A DNA stretch of 38,985 nt from Nemertoderma westbladi (Eukaryota; Animalia; Xenacoelomorpha), in assembly GCA_032718475.1 (NCBI GenBank), contig JAUCBJ010003890.1, positions 1-38,985 on the forward strand, in the 5' to 3' direction. The notes beneath the pieces are model-generated. The model was not told the DNA's origin. It did no database searches and was given only the letters and a program-made list of their open reading frames with translations. Shown piece by piece: positions 22,020 through 33,121 of this stretch; positions within the stretch are counted from its first letter, which is position 1, and each line of letters starts with the position of its first letter. Both the position numbers and the translations under genes were made by a program.

Positions 22020-25000
22020 TTGATACAATTAAGGCTTTCTGGATTTGTCCGTATGCCCTACACCCTGGTTAGTCCGAGTTGCGATACACCAACACTACCG
22101 CACTACACAACAAAGTCTATCCAGACACTCTGGATGGTTGTGGTCTGTGACGAGGAGGTCGATACATTCCCGAAGTCATGGGCCAACTCGACAGCTGGGT
22201 TTGGGAGCCCCAAGGATGGGAACAGGTTTTCGGAAAGAGAAGAGCAGGCTGCCGCAGACGCCAGGAGGGCAGAGGGTGCGAGCTGCACCGCTGAACTCAG
22301 TCCGAGACAAACCACCCGAGTAGGGAGGCAGGCCTGGGTCCATGCGCGGTCCTCAATCCATGTATTTGCGACCTGTTGCAAGGCCCCTCTTAGGATAGAG
22401 TTATACTCCCAGAGCAGGGTAGGGAAGCGGAAGCAGGGCGCCGTCCGAAGGAAATAAGTAAGCCATGGAATTGCAAACGAGTTCCTCGCCAGGAAAAACC
22501 CATGGTGGGCATTGAGGAGTGGCAGTCGACCAGCAAGCGTCGACAGATCACTCACCTTGGATACCGCAGGCAACTCTCGATGGCTGAGTCTCCAATCGGG
22601 GCACCGAGCATGGTCAGCTCAGCTAACTGTCGATACTGGATTCGCAGACACGGTCAAACTCTGCTCGGATTAGGGTGCGAGACTCCTCTGAATCTCGCCC
22701 TAGGAAGAACAGGTCGCTCTTCCCAGGGTTTATCACCAACGCGCACCTCCTCCCCTCTTCATTTACCCTCACCAGGTCCCGGAGAACCACCCGATAATCA
22801 TCTGGTAGGTTCCCATCATCCAGGTACCAGATATTGAATGATGACTCCAACGATTGGATGATGGGGTTTAGGGTGTCGCCAGAGTGGGGGTCCATCAGAG
22901 TCTCCCTGTTGAACTCCCTCATCGGAGAGGATAGTCTGGTCTCCATGGAGGAGGAAGGAGGCTTCCCCATAAGCAGTGAGAGTGTAAGTGTTGTTCGTGT
23001 ATTGTTTCCAACATGGAGTCCCGGCGGATCGAATTAAACGCATTGCTGAAGTCTACTTTCATTCAGCAATACTGTCCCTGGTCTGTTATCAGTAGTCGTC
23101 AGAGCTCTCACAGCATGGGCCGCTGCCTCTGCCCCCAACATACATCCAATTCCTAGCTGGACCGATCCATAAGTTTGGGTGCGCTCTTCCGCCACTAAAT
23201 ATCCTGCAAACTTGGAGCAAAGCCGCCGAATGGTTACACCAACCGCGAATGCCTCCACATGTCTTTGTAAACGCGAAGAGGTTCGCCCCGAAGAAGCTAG
23301 GGCGGATAACAACTGGCACCTCGCCCGCAATCGTGACATTAACAAACTTCGTGAGGAAATAAAGCAGTCGCCCTGCGGCCTCACCCTTGGTTGGGTTTAT
23401 CACATCCTTCAAAATCTGTGGCCTCATCCCATCTGGACCACACGCACTGCCGCAGGGAAAAGACGAAATCAACTTCCGGAGGATGGCGGGTGAACTAGGA
23501 CTAGCGGATGGATGTACTGGCGGTGGTGAATCTCTCCTGTCGGCTGGTCGATGCGGATGCTTCCCTTGTAGTTTCTCGAGGGTCTCAGGGGTGTCCGGGG
23601 CGATTGTTTCCTTGGAGGAGGCCAACCTGATTGCACCCTTTACATCCCCCTCCCCTCCTCAATCTTCTCAGCTACAGCAGAGGCGAGGCGGACTGAATCT
23701 GCGGCATTCTTATGACGACGGGTGGCTGGGGGGCGAGGCGATGGCACATTTAATCCAGCTTGGGTGGAGTTGCGGTAGTCGGCGATACGGTGGTTAACCT
23801 GGGAAGCGAGGGATTGTTGGTGCTTCCTTCCCCCTCTACGGGGTGCAGGGATGCAGCAGTTACCAACCAAGAGCAGTCTGGTCCAGCGAAGTACATCTTC
23901 GTCTTGTATCCTCTTGTGTATAATCCTGATCAGTGGAGCTGTTAGCATCTACATTGGAAGGTCCCAGGGAAGGGGGCAGAATCTCTGGAGGGCCATCTGA
24001 CCCAGGACAACGGTGGGCTACTGGACTATGGACGCGTAGGATACCATTAAACTTTATGACCGCCATCCTCGCACAGACCGGACAAACTCCGCTCGAGAGT
24101 GTGGAGCGATCGCCGACATCACCGACGGTAAAGGTATTATACTGGGAAGATGCTGACTGAGAGCTGGGTTGCATCCGGCTGGGGGACACCCGACATTGAC
24201 CTTGGGACATCCGACCTCGACTTGGGGACAACCTACTTGGACTTGGGGAGAACTGACGCTGACCTGGGGACATCCAATACTGACCTGGGGATGCCAGACG
24301 CTAACATGGGGACACCCGACGCTGACCACGTGACACCCGACGCTGACCTGGTGACACCCGACGCCGACATGGACTTCGGGATACCCGGTACTGGCCTGGG
24401 GACACTTGAGGCTGACCCATGGACACCTGATGCTGACATGGGGATACCCGACGCTGACCTGGGGACACCCGATGCCGACATGGACTTCGGGATACCTGAC
24501 GCTGGCCTGGGGACACCTGAGGCTGACCTGGGGACACCCAATGCCGACATGGACTTCGGGATACCTGACGCTGACCTGGGGACACCCGAGGCTGACCTGG
24601 GAACGCCCATCGCCAACATGGACATCGGGATACCCGACACTGACCTGGGGACATCCGACGCTGACCTGGTGACACCCGACGCTGACCTGGGAACGCCCAT
24701 CGCCAACATGGACATCGGGATACCCGACACTGACCTGGGGACATCCGACGCTGACCTGGTGACACCCGACGTCGACATGGACTTCGGGATATCCGACGCT
24801 GACCTGGTGACACCCGACGTCGACATGGACTTCGGGATATCCGACGCTGACCTGGGAACACCCGTCGCCGACATGGACTTCGGGATACCTGACGCTGGCC
24901 TGGGGACACCCGAGGCTGACCTGGGGACGCGCGACGCTGACCTGGGGACACCCGATGCTGACCAGGGGACACCCTTTGCCGACATGGACTTCGGGATACC

Positions 25001-25217
25001 CGACTGCTGGCACCTGGGGACACCTGAGGCTGACCTGGGGACGCGCGACGCTGACCTGGGGACACCTGAGGCTTGACCTGAGGACACCCGACACTGACCT
25101 GGGGACACCCGACGCTGACAAGGACTTGGGGGACACCTGAGGCTGACCTGGGGACACCCAACGCTGACCTGGGGACGCCCGACGCCGACATGGACTTCGG
25201 GATACCTGAAGCTGGCC
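22020..25217 (-). mobile_element. CRE-like (early-branching, RLE-type) non-LTR retrotransposon, decayed and 3'-truncated
   Basis: Zinc finger CPVC..GILRVH..HRCPGS; RT motifs GPDGMRP, GGIR/AVG.TIRRL, QLGIG..GAEAAAHA, GVQQGD and WYLDDG. No RLE domain visible. Confidence 0.82.
24180..25217. repeat. GC-rich compound minisatellite of 21-bp and 27-bp units
   Basis: GACGCTGACCTGGGGACACCC alternates with GACGCCGACATGGACTTCGGGATACCC. Confidence 0.95.
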
Positions 25218-25218
25218 T

Positions 25219-28200
25219 AGTTGATTGATTGATTGATTGTATTAATATAATATATTGTGGCAAACCCACCACCACGCACAATCAAACTACAGTATTTATT
25301 TTTTATTAAACGCATACATGTTAGTATGATGGGGTGAGTTGAGAAAAGGCCAGAAGACCAGTGGGTAAGCCGAAGCTTGATAGGCACTGGCCTTCTGAGT
25401 AATAAAGTATAAGATAACATTAATAATAAGAATAAGAAATATTTTTTGAAAAGCAAGTAAAGAAATATTGTTATTATTATTTAATGGGTAAGAGTAAAAC
25501 GCGGATCCGGATCCGGATTCTACATTTAACATTGTCCCTACGGAAGTCGATTTTTTTTACATTTTTATAACTCCCAAAAATAAAACTATAACCTGTTCTA
25601 TTGACTTTAGTTTATTGTTTTGGTTAAAATAACATGCCACTGTAACCTGATCCTTTCCCTTAATTGATAATTTTGGACCGGATCCGGATCCGCGTTTTAC
25701 ACCTAACCTTATTTAATACGGTACATTAAGGTTAATTATCTTTTGTAGACTACAAGTAGGGAGTGTGAGGGCTGCTCTGATGTAGATAGTAGGTGATTTT
25801 TAAGTGCCTTAATGAACAGGTGCTTTTTTTTAATATTTTTAATATTATTTGGAATATCGTTGCATATTAAAGGACCGTTATACCGAATCGAGAATTGTCC
25901 TTTAACTGTGTTAAAACGTGGTATAAAAAAACCACTGTTAGTGTTCTGGCGAGTGTAACGGATATTTGACTTTCTAAATATGTTCGCTAATCCTACTGGA
26001 AGTTTATCATAATAGGCGTCAAACATTAATTTTCCTACATTAAGTTTGTATAGGGATTGCAACGGAAGTATTTGTAATTGTTTGTAGATAGGGATTGAAG
26101 GTACATCCCAATCGCTAAAAGTTATAGCTCGAATTATTTTGTTCACTTGAACCCGGATTTTTTTAGTATAAGTATCGAAGGAAGAATCCCACAGTTCCAG
26201 ACCGTATAATAATTTAGTGTGCACCAATGAAAAATAAATGGACTTTAATACATACAAAGGTAATTTGTAGTCCGGTCAATTAATCCGGTCAATTTTTTTT
26301 GATATAAGACAAGACAAATGAAGTTTGTCCCTTCCAGGACAAATTACTGACTGTCCAGAGATACGCCTAGATAGATGATAGATACAGATAGGCCTAGATA
26401 CTTTACAAGGTTACACTTTTTTTCAAATCGTGGTTCTTAATTTTAACTGTAGGGGCTGATTCCGTCGACTTATTTGTGAATAAACAGTAAACTGTTTTTG
26501 AGAGATTTAAAGATAATTTATTTGCTGCAAACCATTCATCGAGTTTTTCGAGGTCTAAGTTGATTATGTTTACCAGGTTATGGCAATTGTTATGGCTCCG
26601 TAGTCATCTATATATCATCTGCATAAAGTACACTGAGTAGCGATGTTACTGAGGGCAGGTCATTAATATATATTAAAAAGAGTAGAGGTCCCAATATTGA
26701 ACCCTGAGGAACGCCAGTCGTTATCGGAAGAAAGTCTGAGTACACTGAACCAATTTTAACACACTGCAAGCGTGAGGTAAGGTAACTAGAAAGGAATTGA
26801 TGTGGAATTCCTCTGATACCATAGACCTCTAACTTCTTCAGAAGCACCCTGTGGTCTACGGTATCGAAGGCTTTACGAAAATCAATAAACACAACACAAC
26901 ACATGAATATGATTGATTATTTAAAGCGGCCTGAAGCCGATAAGCAACATCAATTAGAGAACGAACAGTGGAATGACCTTGCCGAAAACCGTACTGATTT
27001 TTAACTAAAATTTGGAACTTGTTGAAAAAAGAAGACAACTGAGAAGCAACAATGATCTCGAGGGCTTTGCCAAAAACGGGAAGCAGATTAATTGGCCGGA
27101 AATTGGTTGGATCGAAGGGTGAACCATCTTTATGTATTGGAACTACAGCCGCACGTTTCAGAGAGTCCGGAAAGACTCCCCTTCCAGCCTTCGAATACAC
27201 ATGTTAAATATAAAACACAATTGCTTGACGATGTAAGGCGCTGCAATCTTTAACAACTTTACAGGGAATGGGTCATTAGATGATTTGCCATCTTTAAGAT
27301 CGTGGATAATTAAGGTTAACTCAGCTTCTGAGGTTTCAGTAAGAACAAATGAACGCATATTCGATTTTTTTATGTATGAAGTGGGATCCGGTTTACATCT
27401 GGAGTTTCCAATAGTAGACGCCAATTTTGGCCCAATTGAAGAGAAAAAACGATTAAACACGTTGCTTATTTCCACAGTGTCTGTTACTATATCCTTGGAT
27501 GTTGGGTCAATGACCTTTGTAGGACACTGTCTTTTGCCCTTATTAGATAGGATTCTGTTTATCACCTTCCAAACTTTTTTAGATTGACCTGCACAATTAA
27601 TTAATTCTGTGGCATAATATTGACGTTCAGCTGCACGAATTGCAGCTGTTAGATTAGAGTATTTCTGTAATATTTCTGTAATATAATTTTTGTAATATTC
27701 CAGCCACCAATAGTTGGGTGCTGGAGGTACCTCTTATACAAACTATTTTTTTTGTTAATTGACCTCAGAAGCGCAGGTGTACTGTAATCCAAGGCCCCAT
27801 TGGGTCAGCCTTATAGGTAGATCGTTTTAATGGTAGGTCTAAATTATTAGAACATATTTCACTAAACTTGCTATAGAAATCATTGTATAGCTCTGACGGT
27901 GAGTCAGTAGTAGATGAATTAATCTGGATATTTTTAATATCCTGCAGAAAAGCTTTCTTATTGAATTTAGAATAGTCGTAGCACATTTGTCCATTGGTTT
28001 GTTTATAGCAGTGTACATAATCTTGGGAAAAAAAAGCAAAAATTGGGCAGTGGTCGGATGACCCAACTTTGGATAAAAAAAACACCGGCAGATGAGAAAG
28101 TAGAGTTAAAATTAGAATAAACATGATCAATACATGAACGTGATTCTATATGAACCCTAGTTGGGTGATTAATTAGTTGTTGACAGTCATACTGTACCAA

Positions 28201-28250
28201 GCTTTGTGTAAATTCTACGTTGGCGGGAATAGATTTTAGAGTATCAACTA
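25219..28250 (-). mobile_element. CR1/L2-group LINE, 5'-truncated and frameshifted
   Basis: End of APE (PTRV..SCIDH, SDH); RT motifs [41 protein letters not shown] and YADD. 3'UTR stem-loop near 25350-25400 and (ATCA)n tail at ~25221-25238. Confidence 0.9.
25486..25708. mobile_element. 223-bp Mutator-type MITE, same family as the 5.7-kb Foldback element
   Basis: TIRs GGGTAAGAGTAAAACGCGGATCCGGATCCGG and CCGGATCCGGATCCGCGTTTTACACCTAACC. Perfect 9-bp TSD TTATTTAAT. Confidence 0.9.
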
Positions 28251-28649
28251 TAGAATAGGATAAAAAAGTACTAATCAGCCACTAAATAGACCACTATTAA
28301 ACAACACACACACATGTCCATGAAATAAACCGCACAAATAAAAGGTATTGGAAGGGTTGTGTTCATAGATTAAACAAGCCTTTTATTGATAAAAGGTTTT
28401 TATTGATCAACTTGTTGTGAATTGTTGCTAAAACTTTATGTTAAAACGGTAGACAGGCTGAACGATGAGATAGCTGAGCTAAAACGACTCTGAGTTTAAA
28501 GTATTTAATAAAATATACTACTAACTTGGGAGGTAAAATTATAATTCAATCTATTTTGTACATAAAATTATTTTGACAACATATAATTTGATAGGAAATG
28601 TTAACATGAAATATAGGTCAAGTGGGAATCAAATTATAATATGTTTTTA

Positions 28650-30692
28650 TGTGGGGCGAGCGACGAAAGTAAGCGAGCTTAGCATACAGGTACCACTAAC
28701 TCAATCGGTGTGTCTGTTGATCTGTTATTCTGTCGTTCTGTTGTGCCCAATTTTAAACGTTAATAACTCAGCCAAATGTTAATGAAATTTAACCAAACTT
28801 GGTACACATGTAGTCTGGCAAAAGTTTAAAAATTTTCCAAGTTGAATTTCCGTGTGGCCTTCGAGAAGCTAAGATAATAGCAGTTAATTAGTTAAGTAAG
28901 TTGGTTAATAACTCAGCCAAATGTTAATGAAATTTAACCAAACTTGGTACACATGTAGTCTGGCAAAAGTTTATAAATTTTCCAAGTAGAATTTCCGTGT
29001 GGCCTTCGAGAAGCTAAGATTATAGCAATTAATTAGTTAATTAAGTTGATTACGGTAAAAACTGAATTTTCAACCTGCCTGTTAAAGGAAATTAATTAAG
29101 TTACAGTATAAGATTTAAATAATTATACTTAAAAATTATACAGATGTAATCCACATACCCCGTTCTATTATAGTTTTTAATTAGTTCAAGTAATTTGCTT
29201 TAATAAATATGTCTTTATTTGATCTAAACGTAATTAAAGCGGCACAATTATTGAGACAATGAAATTTAATCCTGCCCATTATTGGTCAACATATTCTCTG
29301 CGTGTAGAGCTGCTAGCTGGCTGGGAGATGTTGGTGTAGCCTTACCAGAGGCGAATTGTACTGTAATAGGCAGCCAATAGTATTGCTATAGCAACCCAGA
29401 CATAACTCCAACCATACACTGCCTGTATTTCAATTCCTATTGACTCTATACTATAAATGTTGTGTTACTTACTATCTCAGGTGACAGAAGATATAATATG
29501 AAAACAATAAAATAGAAAATGGGGTCTTATTCCCTCAGATACTACCTAGCATTTAGGGCCACTTGGGCCACTGTAAGTACTCAGGCACTAAGACCCCATT
29601 TCCTATTTTATTGTTTTCATATTAATATCACAATCCCTCTAAAGTCGTGGTTGTCTAACATCATAGGAGATATAATGACTGTTGTAGGCTTATATCTGAA
29701 ATAGTTTATTCCGCAATATATTTGTCTGGTTATTTTTTAATTGAATTTTTGCAAAGTAGTAAAATTAATGTTCTTAAAAATAATATTATTAATTTATATG
29801 TAACCAAGGAAATTAGCTACAATTTTTCGCTGCAGCTTTAAGAGTGTACATTGTTTAATATTATTTCAATACCCATATTACTACATCAGCATACGATGCG
29901 TTGGCGTTGTATCACACATCTCCACATATCACACATCTCCACATAGATGTATCAGCAGTTACTCGCACAGTTTCGAAACTTCGCATAGTTATAATTGTGT
30001 AAAGATCGTCAGTCTTGGTTTAGGAAAAATATTTTAATGCAAAACAGGACGAGCGACGAGCACAAGGAGGCATATAATGAAGACGAGTACTGTGTAGACT
30101 ATGTTCCTATAAACCATACCTGGCTGCGCCTATTGAAGGCATCGGTAGTTATAAAGATCGTCCGTCAGTCTGCGTTTAGGAAATATGTTTAAATACAAAA
30201 CAGGACGAGCACAACGACGTTTATAATAATGAAGACGAGTACTGCCTACTGCGTTGATTATATTCCTATAAACCATACCTGGCTTCGCCTATTGAAGGCA
30301 TCGGTGTAATATGTAGGCATACTGTTGTCACTGTATCTGTTCACATTTTTGTAGGCTTCTGTTTAGTCAGATAAAACTCATATTACATTAACTACTAAAG
30401 TACCGGTATTATTTGGCCTATTGGTATTATACTTCATTATTGTGTATGAGTCGATAGTGTTCTTCATTAGCAACATTACAATCGGTAGTTATGAAGTACT
30501 GGTGGGTGGGAAGGGTGGGGGGGGGGGGGGGGGGTGCAGATTAAAAGGGGTTAACACGTACTGTCCCCCTTTCTTTGATTGATTGGTGGTGTGGGTAAAT
30601 TTCTCAAAACCTGATTTTGTGATACAGTCACTCAATTTTAATCGGTATCTGATAACTGAGCCTCGTCCTGCGCGATGGCCCCACGAACGTGT
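28650..30692 (+). mobile_element. HINE/DINE-1-like element, copy 2, with an internal duplication and ~1.2 kb of extra sequence
   Basis: Same 5' ~430 bp and same 3' end as 11162-11850. ~145-bp tandem duplication at ~28760-29047. Confidence 0.68.
29494..29624. repeat. Hairpin or MITE with 36-bp arms (1 mismatch)
   Basis: TAATATGAAAACAATAAAATAGAAAATGGGGTCTTA and TAAGACCCCATTTCCTATTTTATTGTTTTCATATTA. Confidence 0.8.
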
Positions 30693-30800
30693 ATTACATT
30701 ATGTCATCTAAACCGGGAAAATTCACAAATGAACCTGGAAAAAACATGTCAAAAGCGTTCGACACCCTGTAATTATTCTGGACTTAGTTAATGAGTCGAG

Positions 30801-31051
30801 GAGACAAGGGGAACTCGTAGGGAACTGGGCGCGAATCCAATCTTGACGAATTAATAGCCCGCCTCAATGTTAAGTTCTCAATTTAGGGAAAGGAGCAGGT
30901 TACAGAGGCACGTTATTTTAACCAAAACAATAAACTAAACACAATCGAACAGGTTTCAGTTTTATTTTGGAGAGTAAACAGCTGTTATTTGCGCCGAATT
31001 TCCCCTGGAGAGGGATGAATTTTTATTGCGTCCAGCCCCCCTCCCTATCTG
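30801..31051. mobile_element. ~250-bp MITE-like element carrying the shared module
   Basis: Flanked by the direct repeat GAGTCGAG (30793-30800, 31052-31059). TIRs are weak. Module at 30885-30972 on the minus strand. Confidence 0.5.
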
Positions 31052-31917
31052 GAGTCGAGAGAATACTGAAAAAATATTACCTTTTTCCCCCATGTGTAAT
31101 ACGTAATTTCATTCTTGGGGGGGGGGGGGGGGGGGTTATCTGAATTGTTCGAGAAATAGGCTTATTTTTGTGAAAAAATTACATTCTGAGAGTAGTGGGT
31201 TTTAATGGAGGGAAAATTCAAATTTTCCCGCTATTTTAGATAATACCATATTTCCTTGTTCGACAATGACTTTGTTGAAAATGATTGAAATTCAAATCAT
31301 TTTGCTAAGAATATAACATCCACTTAGCAATAATTATTGTTGGGATCCTTATGGTTAAAAGGCTATTCAATTGAAAATATCGTATCGTCACATATTTTCA
31401 ACAGAGACGATTATGTAAAGTTGGTTGGAAGTTGAATTTAATATACCCATTGCAATTACAGAATGGGGTTCCGTTTTGTAATACGCCTTACAGACACTAA
31501 AGTTGCAATAACAATGTGCGTGAATGGATTTTGCATAAATTGCTTAAAAACCTTTTCTACTTCGATTTTCGATACATATATGAAAATTTAAGAAATTCCA
31601 CCAGAATATTTTCGCATTTTCTTTTATTGGCTTCTTCGCCGGGAAAACAATCAATGAATTATATGGGTGACTTTTTCCCCGAAAAATAGGGAAAAATTAT
31701 ACTATACTCCTTTTTTCCCCGATTTTTGGGTGTATTCGGTCGAAAAAATAAACAATAAAGAATAAAAATGCTTTCTTGTCGAATATGATACGTTGGCGAA
31801 AAAAATCATTTGGTTCTTAAAACAATTGGGGGGGGGGGGGGGGGGGGGGGGGGTTACAAACGCCATGTAATTACAGAAAAAAACCTACCCTATTTATTTC
31901 ACATTGTATATTTTCAG

Positions 31918-32094
31918 TTATACGCGAATTCGTTTAGTTCTGATTTGGACCCAAAAGAATTCAGCAGACGACTTTGGGGCGATATTTACTTTAACAATAA
32001 AACCCGTCGTTTCACCAAGAAACAGCCACACGGTACGGCCCTTAGATCCTTTGTGGAATTTATTCTAGAACCCGTATACAAGATATTTGGGCAA
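31918..32094 (+). CDS. EFTUD2: EFTUD2 exon
   Basis: Acceptor ttttcag|; LYANSF...[22 protein letters not shown]...[17 protein letters not shown]. Donor GTAAGT at 32095, phase 0. Confidence 0.95.
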
Positions 32095-32349
32095 GTAAGT
32101 GTTATAAATATATAAAAACGTAGGAATATTCAGAAAGTTCATAATTTCATTTCGTGTGGATATAATATATGATATCATTTCCGTACGTTTACTTTAGTTT
32201 TATTATACCGTCAATATATTATTAGTTTAAATTAAATATATTTATTATTTGATATTTAAATATTAAATAATGCATTTTTAATAACTGAACATTTCTTTCC
32301 CAGGTAATATATTTTATTTTTTCGATGTTATTTATTAATTTTTCTCCAG

Positions 32350-32465
32350 GTTGTAGGCGATGCCGATATCACATTACCCAAAGTTCTCAATGAGTTGGAT
32401 ATTTATGTTTCGAAAGAGGAACTCAAACTCAATATTAAACCTCTACTCAAACTCGTTTGCCAGCG
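32350..32465 (+). CDS. EFTUD2: EFTUD2 exon (last in window; gene continues beyond)
   Basis: Acceptor tttctccag|; [38 protein letters not shown](R). Donor CG|GTTAGT, phase 2. Confidence 0.93.
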
Positions 32466-33121
32466 GTTAGTACAAAAATGAAATTTTGTAATTTATCAAA
32501 ATTTGCAATAATTTTGTCATAAAATACCATTTTATGTTCTTTGTAATCCGCATTTCCTCGAATTAGTAAAAACATTTTTTCCTCGGCCTTATCCTTTAAT
32601 TCCTCGAAAATGCGGATTAAAAAGTCGGACATATAAAGTTACTTTTAGTAAAGGAAATAGTTTGAAATGTAAGTTTATTGAATTATACTTTCTATTTCTG
32701 TAGCATTTTATTTATATTCCATAGATATAAAAACTCAACAATTATTGACTAACTCTCGTGGGGATTTGAAAGTTCAATTTGTCTATAATATTTTCTCTCC
32801 GTAATTAAGTAAATTTCAAAATTAAATAAAAGATCAAATATTCGTTTAGTTTCGTTTCGTTTTTTTGGGTCAGAGTAAAACGCGGATCCGGATCAGGATC
32901 CGGATTCTATCATTTAACATTGTCCCTATGGAAGTCGACTGAATTTACATTTTTAGGGTGTAATCTGCGGATCCGCGCACTGCTAAATTTACCGAATCCG
33001 TAACCGAGTGTAAAATGCGGATTGGCCTTTTTTTCAGATCCGGAACGGAGTGTAAAGCGCGGATTCATGTTTTAGGCTAAATCCTGAACGGAGTGTAAAA
33101 CGCGGATTCATTTTTCTACTG

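Larger units (their letters stand above)
21709..30769. mobile_element. hAT-type non-autonomous element expanded to ~9 kb by nested insertions
   Basis: 13-bp perfect TIRs CAGGGTGTCGAAC/GTTCGACACCCTG. 8-bp flanks tattaatt/taattatt (6/8). ACCGGGAAA and ACCTGGAAAA subterminal motifs at both ends. Confidence 0.7.

Noticed and set aside
24054-25157. DADLGTP, CPQVSVG and SASGVPR repeat ORFs as separate genes
   Set aside because: These are alternative frames of a GC-rich minisatellite with unit lengths divisible by 3. Only the frame continuous with the zinc finger was kept as a candidate.
31810-31917. Poly-Gly N-terminus of ORF 31810-32115
   Set aside because: An intronic G26 run read in frame; the real exon starts at 31918.
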